A DNA stretch of 64,000 nucleotides from Pseudomonadales bacterium (GTDB lineage: Bacteria > Pseudomonadota > Gammaproteobacteria > Pseudomonadales > M0112), in NCBI GenBank assembly GCA_036568505.1, contig DATCSK010000003.1, forward strand, positions 11,935-75,934. Reading direction: 5' to 3'. A model generated the notes under the pieces. That model saw nothing but the letters and a program-made list of their open reading frames with translations, ran no database searches and was not told where the DNA came from. The number at the start of each line of letters is the position of its first letter. Positions within the stretch are counted from its first letter, which is position 1. This document shows, in pieces, positions 58,598 to 64,000 of this stretch. Position numbers and translations under genes: made by a program.

Positions 58598-59107
58598 TCA
58601 AGGCTCATCCTTGGCATAAGCTTCCGGTTTTTTCAGGCCTTCTTCGAATGCAGGCAGCATGGCCAGCATCATGGTTTCATGGGCGATTTCCTGGCTCAGT
58701 TGTTGTCTGCGTCGCGGGCTGGTCAGAAACTTGTTTTTTTCAGCCCTTTTACGAGCAATGCTTTCACGCAGTTCGGTGATGGTAGTGTTCAGGCTGTCGG
58801 TGTTTTTCCGGATTTTTTCTGCCGTCGATAGGGCGTAGTAATCATTGTGCTCAAGGCTGGTGAAAAAGAAGGTTCCCGCGATCCATGTGATGACAGCGAA
58901 TGGTAAGGCAAACAGTATCAATACCCCTCCGCCTTGTGCATGAAGCACGATACTGCCAACCACAAGGGCGATGGTCGCCAACAACAGAACTATGAAGACG
59001 ACTGCCAGCAAGACGCGGCCCATGCGGCGTAACCCGCTGCGCCGCTGGATAGCGATGATGCTGAGGACGATCAGTCCAAGGAGCGTCAGAAAAAAAGCCG
59101 TTGCCAT
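58598..59107 (-). CDS. Hypothetical membrane protein (about 4 TM segments) with a C-terminal coiled-coil-like tail, inside the inter-repeat insert
   Basis: 169 aa: MATAFFLTLLGLIVLSIIAI... then ...AEKIRKNTDSLNTTITELRESIARKRAEKNKF... No family recognised. Confidence 0.5.
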   Translation of the reverse strand: MATAFFLTLLGLIVLSIIAIQRRSGLRRMGRVLLAVVFIVLLLATIALVVGSIVLHAQGGGVLILFALPFAVITWIAGTFFFTSLEHNDYYALSTAEKIRKNTDSLNTTITELRESIARKRAEKNKFLTSPRRRQQLSQEIAHETMMLAMLPAFEEGLKKPEAYAKDEP

Positions 59108-59169
59108 ATGCCAGAATCAATCCATTGGGTGGCGAGTGACTGGTGGGAGTGATGTTGTGGTATCCGCCC

Positions 59170-59209
59170 GCGCCAAGGCCAGCAGTGAATAACAGAACGC
59201 ATGCATCAT
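59170..59209 (-). pseudogene. Duplicated 5' fragment (first 13 codons, MMHAFCYSLLALA) of the NhaD-like gene
   Basis: Identical to 58323..58362. After codon 13 the frame runs into unrelated sequence and stops at TGA 59119..59117, which is 9 nt before the insert ORF ATG. Confidence 0.65.
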
Positions 59210-59250
59210 GAGGATGGCACCCGTCAGTAGCGCGGCAAGCAGGCCGCGAC

Positions 59251-59326
59251 TGGTACGCCTGGCAGGAGTCGAACCTGCGACCCTCCGCTTAGGAGGCGGA
59301 TGCTCTATCCACTGAGCTACAGGCGC
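59251..59326 (-). tRNA. tRNA-Arg (anticodon CCU)
   Basis: Reverse complement: GCGCCTGTAGCTCAGTGGATAGAGCATCCGCCTCCTAAGCGGAGGGTCGCAGGTTCGACTCCTGCCAGGCGTACCA. Clean cloverleaf with anticodon loop CTCCTAA, A20, A73 and encoded CCA. G1 and U72 form a wobble pair. Confidence 0.85.
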
Positions 59327-59435
59327 ATGAGGCGGGCATTTTACGGGGGATTGGCAGGGGAGGCTAGTTTTGAGGTTGTGACGGGTTATGGTGGTGCTGC
59401 GAATGCGCTTTTATCCGATGGGTGTCGCATGCGTA

Positions 59436-60350
59436 TCAACCGACCTTGCGTGTGGGCTGCATTTTTTCCTTCGCCCAAGCTGCAAAATCCTCCAGCGATG
59501 CGCTGCCGGTATGGCCTTTGTTGATGCCGGCGACGGTGCGGTAAATAATGGAATAGCGCGCGGGGTCATCGTGTGGGTGGGTGTCGATAACCTGCCTGAC
59601 TGACCAGCGCATTCCGGCTTGCCCGTTGGTGTAGAACGCACCGGCCTCAAGATCAAAATCAGCCACTTTTTCTTTGCGCATCAGTTCATCCGCTTTGTCG
59701 ATAACGCGTTTGAGTTGAGCCACATCCGCATCCAGCACGAGATCCATTTCGCTGATAGCGCGGCTGATGTGGTGTTCGCGGATACGCCGGGTGTCCGGGT
59801 TGTTGACCGCACCGGCACGCTCGTAATGCATGAGTGCCAACGGGTAGCGCCGCCACGCAAAGCAGTTGTTAAACAGCATGGCGACCGCAAAGATCACCAA
59901 ACAATTGAGCAGGGTGGGTACCAGTACATACCAATAGCCGAGTTGTTGAATGGCTTCGCCGCCCACAACGGCAGCCAGTGCGGTCGCACCACCGGGCGGG
60001 TGCAGGCAACGTGCCAGATGCATCATGAGAACGGATAATCCGACGGCCATTGCCGAGGCGATAAACGGATTGCTTATCAGCAAGGCAGCCGTGACACCCG
60101 AGGCGGCACCCAATAGGTTGCCGGCAAACAGTGCCCACGGTTGTGATAGAGGGCCGTGCGGCACGGCAAACAGCAATACGGCGGCAGCCCCCATGGACGG
60201 CAGAATGGCCAATGCCCCTTGATAATCGGTTATTCGATAGCTGATATAAAAAATCAACAAGATGCCGAGTCCGGCCCCCAGGGAAGAGACGAGTTTTTCC
60301 ACCGTGGTTGCCCGAGGTTGCCAGCCAATGATGCGAGCCCAGTGCTTCAA
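59436..60350 (-). CDS. HPP family membrane protein with an unassigned ~110-aa C-terminal domain
   Basis: AILPSMGAAAVLLFAVPHGPLSQPW and CLHPPGGATAL (HPP motif). The TTG start overlaps the nsrR stop (TTGA). Confidence 0.78.
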   Translation of the reverse strand: MKHWARIIGWQPRATTVEKLVSSLGAGLGILLIFYISYRITDYQGALAILPSMGAAAVLLFAVPHGPLSQPWALFAGNLLGAASGVTAALLISNPFIASAMAVGLSVLMMHLARCLHPPGGATALAAVVGGEAIQQLGYWYVLVPTLLNCLVIFAVAMLFNNCFAWRRYPLALMHYERAGAVNNPDTRRIREHHISRAISEMDLVLDADVAQLKRVIDKADELMRKEKVADFDLEAGAFYTNGQAGMRWSVRQVIDTHPHDDPARYSIIYRTVAGINKGHTGSASLEDFAAWAKEKMQPTRKVG

Positions 60351-60781
60351 GATTTATTTCTCTTCGGTTTGCGAATGACCTGAATGTCGTTATCGAGTAA
60401 ATCCTGTAGCGTGTATTGCCCCAGTACGCCCATAAAAGCGTGCATGGCATCATTGAGTACATGCTTCAGGCGGCAGTTCGGCAACAATCGGCAAGGGGAA
60501 GCTTCGCAATTGACCGGGTCGAGCGTGGTCTCGAAGGCGCGCACGATGTCTGCCAGCGGTGCTTTGAGTGCAGCTTTATTGAGTGCGATACCACCGCCTT
60601 TGCCGCGCACGGTGTGGATGTAACCCAAGTGCCCCAGTTTGACCACAATCTTCGACAAGTGATTGGGTGAAATCTGGTAGTAATCACACAGCTGCTGAAT
60701 GTGCACCAATTGATCGGCGGGTTGGTGTGCCAAATACAACAACGTGCGAAACGCAAAATCGGTTTGCTTGGTTAGCTGCAT
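60347..60781 (-). CDS. nsrR: Rrf2-family NO-sensing repressor NsrR
   Basis: MQLTKQTDFAFRTLLYLA... wHTH and a three-Cys cluster CEASPCRLLPNC. It sits next to NsrR-type operators. Confidence 0.82.
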   Translation of the reverse strand: MQLTKQTDFAFRTLLYLAHQPADQLVHIQQLCDYYQISPNHLSKIVVKLGHLGYIHTVRGKGGGIALNKAALKAPLADIVRAFETTLDPVNCEASPCRLLPNCRLKHVLNDAMHAFMGVLGQYTLQDLLDNDIQVIRKPKRNKS

Positions 60782-60812
60782 GAAAATCGACTCAAGCGGT
60801 TTACAGACCAAA

Positions 60813-60835
60813 AAGATGCGTATATTATGCATTTT
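60813..60835. promoter_or_regulatory. NsrR-type operator, box 1 (11-1-11 inverted repeat)
   Basis: AAGATGCGTAT a TTATGCATTTT, compared with the enterobacterial consensus AAnATGCATTT-n-AAATGCATnTT as recalled. Confidence 0.6.
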
Positions 60836-60839
60836 CTAA

Positions 60840-60862
60840 AACATGCATACAATATGCATGTT
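60840..60862. promoter_or_regulatory. NsrR-type operator, box 2 (11-1-11 inverted repeat)
   Basis: AACATGCATAC a ATATGCATGTT. Ten of 11 positions are symmetric. It lies 18 nt upstream of the glbN ATG. Confidence 0.65.
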
Positions 60863-60880
60863 AAGTCCAGAGGAGCAGTT

Positions 60881-61237
60881 ATGACAACGTTGTTTGAGCG
60901 TATCGGTGGTGAGAATGCAGTTGATGCCGCAGTGGATGTGTTTTATGAAAAGGTATTGGCTGATGATCGCATCAAAGATTTTTTTGAGAATCTCGACATG
61001 GTGGCGCAGGCCAACAAGCAAAAGAAATTTCTCACCATGGCTTTTGGTGGACCGCATAACTACACCGGTCTCGATATGCGTCAGGGGCATGCCCATCTGG
61101 GAATAACCGACGAGCATTTTGATGCCGTGGTTGAAAACCTGGGGGCCACGCTAAAAGAATTGGGCGTTGCCGACAGTGATATCGCCGAAGTGGCTAAAAT
61201 TGCTGAAAGTACGCGCAATGATGTGTTGAATCGCTGA
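60881..61237 (+). CDS. glbN: Group I truncated haemoglobin (trHbN)
   Basis: LFERIGGENAVDAAVDVFYEKVLADDRIKDFF, QKKFLTMAFGGP and HAHLGITDEHFDAV. AGGAG ribosome-binding site before ATG 60881. Confidence 0.88.
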   Translation: MTTLFERIGGENAVDAAVDVFYEKVLADDRIKDFFENLDMVAQANKQKKFLTMAFGGPHNYTGLDMRQGHAHLGITDEHFDAVVENLGATLKELGVADSDIAEVAKIAESTRNDVLNR

Positions 61238-61267
61238 TCCAGCAAGCAGCTTTTCAAGGGTTGTATG

Positions 61268-61300
61268 AAAAGCCGGCGTCTCATGGTGCCGGCTTTTTTA
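61268..61300 (+). terminator. Rho-independent terminator after glbN
   Basis: aaaaGCCGGCgtctcatggtGCCGGCtttttt. Confidence 0.6.
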
Positions 61301-61340
61301 TGTGTCTGCTTGATGCGAGGGTTGTGAGAGCCGGGGTTGG

Positions 61341-61805
61341 TTATTCCGCCAGCGGCTTGATATAGGCCGTACCATCGGTATCCCACGGAAAGTGCAGCCA
61401 CAGGTCTTGGTCCACTTCTTTTACGAAGGCATCGGCCAGCGGCTTGCCCTGCGGTTTGGCATAAATCGCCACGAAATACGCTTTAGGCAATAGCGCGCGG
61501 GCAATGTTGGCGGTGTTGCCGGTATCCACCAAATCATCCACCAGCAGCCAGCCGTTGCCGTCTTCGCCGGGCATGCCCTTGAGAACGCTCGCCTCGCCTT
61601 GGGCGGTGTGCTCGTAACTGGCAATGCACAGGGTGTCTATCAGCCGAATGCCCATTTCGCGTGCCAGCAGAGTGGCCGGTATCAAGCCACCACGGGCAAT
61701 GCCGACAATGCCATGGTACTCGCGGCCCTCGGCCAGCAGCTGTTTGGCCAATGCGCGGGTATTGCGGTGTAACTCGTCCCAGCTGATGCAGTACTCGCGT
61801 GGCAT
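61341..61805 (-). CDS. gpt: Xanthine-guanine phosphoribosyltransferase
   Basis: ISWDELHRNTRALA, GIARGGLIPATLLAREMGIR and LLVDDLVDTGNTA are close to E. coli Gpt as recalled. Confidence 0.88.
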   Translation of the reverse strand: MPREYCISWDELHRNTRALAKQLLAEGREYHGIVGIARGGLIPATLLAREMGIRLIDTLCIASYEHTAQGEASVLKGMPGEDGNGWLLVDDLVDTGNTANIARALLPKAYFVAIYAKPQGKPLADAFVKEVDQDLWLHFPWDTDGTAYIKPLAE

Positions 61806-61922
61806 GGTGATCTCCGGAAGAATGGCGCGGCTATTGTGGCCAAATTTGCAGGCCGGTGAAAGAGCAGGTGAACTTTTCGCCCAAAGCAGACACTATAAAA
61901 GGCAGTGAGGCAGGAATACCCA

Positions 61923-62891
61923 ATGCTTGATACCACGCCGTTATTGGCCCAAACCGATTTTCCCGCAGTCACGCGCGGCGTGCTCGATACCGTGCAGGTG
62001 AATCTGGGTTATCGCTGCAATTTAAGTTGTGTGCATTGCCATGTGAACGCAGGCCCCGCGCGCACCGAGATGATGACGCCTGAAACCGTTGCCACGGTGA
62101 TCGCTTTTTTAGAAGCCTCGAACATCAAAACCCTGGATGTCACCGGCGGCGCACCCGAGATGCACCCGCAGTTTCGTGAATTGGTGATCGCAGCGCGTGC
62201 ATTAGGCGTTGAGGTGATCGACCGTTGCAATCTCACCATTTTGCTAGAGCCCGGCTTTGAAGAGATGGCGCAATTTTTAGCAGAACACGGCGTGCATGTG
62301 GTGGCCTCATTGCCGTGTTATTCATCAGGCAATGTCGAGCAGCAGCGCGGCAAAGGCGTGTTCGCGCAAAGCATTGCGGTGTTGCAGCGTTTGAATGCCT
62401 TGGGTTACGGGCAAGGTAATGGCCTGCAACTGGATTTGGTATACAACCCGGTGGGCGCGCACCTGCCGCCCGCGCAAGCCGCATTGGAAGCCGACTACAA
62501 ACGCAAACTGGGCGATGAACACGGCGTGCAATTTGATCGTCTGCTCACCATCACCAATATGCCGATCAGCCGTTTTGGCAGTGTGTTGCTCGCGCACAAC
62601 GATTACGAGCGTTATATGCAATTGCTGAAAGACAATTACCATGCCACGAACCTGCCGGGTGTGATGTGCCGCAGTCTCGTCAGCGTGGATTGGCAGGGCC
62701 GCGTCTACGACTGCGACTTCAATCAAATGCTCGGCTGGCCGATGCGAGCAGACGATCCACTGGCGAGCCCGCATGTGATGCTGGCCGATTTACTGGATCG
62801 CAATCTGCAAGGGCAGGCGATTGTGATTGGCGAGCATTGTTACGGCTGCACGGCAGGTCAGGGCAGCAGCTGCGGAGGTGCGCTTGGCTAA
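61923..62891 (+). CDS. Radical SAM/Cys-rich domain protein (ArsS-like; TIGR04167-type)
   Basis: VNLGYRCNLSCVHCHV (CxxxCxxC), TGGAPEMHPQF, and a C-terminal Cys-rich CYGCTAGQGSSCGGALG. Confidence 0.78.
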   Translation: MLDTTPLLAQTDFPAVTRGVLDTVQVNLGYRCNLSCVHCHVNAGPARTEMMTPETVATVIAFLEASNIKTLDVTGGAPEMHPQFRELVIAARALGVEVIDRCNLTILLEPGFEEMAQFLAEHGVHVVASLPCYSSGNVEQQRGKGVFAQSIAVLQRLNALGYGQGNGLQLDLVYNPVGAHLPPAQAALEADYKRKLGDEHGVQFDRLLTITNMPISRFGSVLLAHNDYERYMQLLKDNYHATNLPGVMCRSLVSVDWQGRVYDCDFNQMLGWPMRADDPLASPHVMLADLLDRNLQGQAIVIGEHCYGCTAGQGSSCGGALG

Positions 62892-63570
62892 ACCATTATT
62901 CAGTATTGTGATGCCGGTTTTGAATGAAGATGAACGCATTCATGCCGCCCTCATGCGTCTGCAAGCATTGCGCGACGCCGGTGTGGAAGTGATTGTGGTC
63001 GATGGCGGCAGCCACGATGAAACCGTGGCACTGGCAACGCCACTGGCCGATCAGGTGATTACCGCCATGCCCGGGCGCGGCGCACAAATGAATGCCGGTG
63101 CCGCCCAGGCACAGGGCCGGTTTTTGTTATTCCTGCATGCCGATACCGAGTTGCCTGCCAATATTGCGCAATGGCTTGGTTTGTTGACGGATAAAGACCC
63201 GGCATGGGGTTATTGCACGGTGCGTTTATCCGGCAATGCAAAGCCGTTGCGTGTTGTCGAGTGGTGCATGAATGCGCGTTCGCGCATCACGCGCATGCCC
63301 ACCGGTGATCAAATGCAGTTTGTGCGTGCCGATGTGTTTCGCTTTATTGGCGGTTTTGCCGACATTCCGTTAATGGAAGATATTCATCTCGCCAAACGCC
63401 TGCGCTGGAAGCACCCGCCGTTTCGCATTGAATCGCCAGTGGTCACATCCAGCCGCCGTTGGGAGCAGCACGGCATGGTGCGCACGGTGTTGTTGATGTG
63501 GTGGCTGCGATTGCAGTACGCATTCGGCGTGTCGCCGTACAAGCTGGCAAGGCAGTACCGTGGTTCATGA
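62884..63570 (+). CDS. GT2-like transferase (TIGR04283-type, rSAM-associated transferase 2)
   Basis: FSIVMPVLNE, VIVVDGGSHDET, LFLHADT and SSRRWEQHG. TTG at 62884 lies 5 nt after GGAGG; GTG at 62878 is an alternative start. Confidence 0.72.
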   Translation: MAKPLFSIVMPVLNEDERIHAALMRLQALRDAGVEVIVVDGGSHDETVALATPLADQVITAMPGRGAQMNAGAAQAQGRFLLFLHADTELPANIAQWLGLLTDKDPAWGYCTVRLSGNAKPLRVVEWCMNARSRITRMPTGDQMQFVRADVFRFIGGFADIPLMEDIHLAKRLRWKHPPFRIESPVVTSSRRWEQHGMVRTVLLMWWLRLQYAFGVSPYKLARQYRGS

Positions 63571-63574
63571 ATGC

Positions 63575-64000
63575 TTGATTATTCAGTTTGCCAAAGCGCC
63601 GGTGTTGGGCGCTGTGAAAACGCGCCTGCAGGAATCTTCCGGCATTCCCGCGCAGGCGGGACAAGCGAAGCGCAGAACAGCCGAAGGCTGGCCCGAAGAG
63701 CGAGAGCATCAGGATCGAGTAATCCAGCTTTTGACTGCAGAGCAGTCCCTTCAATTGCACAAAGCCTTGGTGCAGCACACCTTGTCTGTGTTGGTCGCCT
63801 GTGAACAAGCCACCGTTGAGTTGTGGGGCAGTGACGATCACCCGTGGCTGCATGAGCTGGCCGCGCAACAGGGTGTGCCGTTGGCAGTGCAGCAGGGCGC
63901 TGAGCTCGGCGAACGCATGCAGCATGCCCTGCATGACGGCTTGCAGCGTTATAAAAAAGTCATTTTGGTGGGCAGCGATTGCCCGGGCATGGATGCGGAT
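63575..64000 (+). CDS. DUF2064 family protein (TIGR04282-type, rSAM-associated transferase 1), partial at the right edge
   Basis: Hand translation: LIIQFAKAPVLGAVKTRLQ...WGSDDHPWLHELAAQQGVPLAVQQGAELGERMQHAL...KKVILVGSDCPGMDAD. It stays open to nt 64000. The start is TTG 63575 or GTG 63560. It is not in the ORF track because it is open at the edge. Confidence 0.7.
   Translation, partial: MIIQFAKAPVLGAVKTRLQESSGIPAQAGQAKRRTAEGWPEEREHQDRVIQLLTAEQSLQLHKALVQHTLSVLVACEQATVELWGSDDHPWLHELAAQQGVPLAVQQGAELGERMQHALHDGLQRYKKVILVGSDCPGMDAD

Larger units (their letters stand above)
59170..59353. repeat. Direct repeat copy B (184 bp)
   Basis: See copy A. Confidence 0.85.

Noticed and set aside
58323-59353. 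The tRNA-flanked segment as an integrative island or prophage remnant with attL/attR
   Set aside because: There is no integrase, excisionase or transposase. The repeat covers the whole tRNA plus the downstream gene start, rather than just the tRNA 3' end. It is better explained as a local duplication or gene-replacement event.
62860-62891. Possible in-frame selenocysteine (TGA) in the ArsS-like C-terminal motif
   Set aside because: The motif reads agc agc TGC gga ggt, which encodes Cys. The ORF ends at a normal TAA and no SECIS-like context is needed.

Overview
This 64-kb window looks like a core chromosomal segment of a gammaproteobacterium. G+C is mid-to-high 50s % by eye (not computed). 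Gene order resembles Pseudomonadales/Cellvibrionales: gacS <> cysM-relA-mazG, adk-hemH, tsaB-uppP, and dapA-bamC-MBL-purC. About 75 protein genes can be supported, most of them housekeeping or envelope functions. There are two tRNA genes, several clean rho-independent terminators and one well-defined regulatory region with two NsrR-type boxes. I saw no CRISPR array, transposase, integrase or prophage genes.

All family assignments come from reading the supplied translations and recalling motifs; no database search was run. The items most worth a second look are:

1. A PilZ / divergent class-III-cyclase-like / HD-phosphohydrolase operon (42.1-44.6 kb). It could be an uncharacterised nucleotide second-messenger module.
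2. A 184-bp direct duplication of a tRNA-Arg(CCU) locus (58.3-59.4 kb). One copy has shifted its anticodon to CCC, and its substitutions are concentrated in the tRNA body. The two copies bracket a ~660-bp insert carrying an orphan membrane/coiled-coil ORF.
3. An adenylate kinase with a ~180-aa Lys/Ala-rich histone-H1-like tail, plus a separate H1-like protein, flanking hemH.
4. A GNAT-HDAC fusion protein.
5. An orphan B12-binding radical-SAM enzyme that appears co-transcribed with a solute:sodium symporter.
6. A three-gene set at the right edge: an ArsS-like radical SAM/Cys-rich protein, a GT2-like transferase and a DUF2064 protein.
7. A yciH-methyltransferase-arfB translation operon.
8. An mtnA gene coupled to a FucA-like aldolase (DHAP-shunt-like pair).
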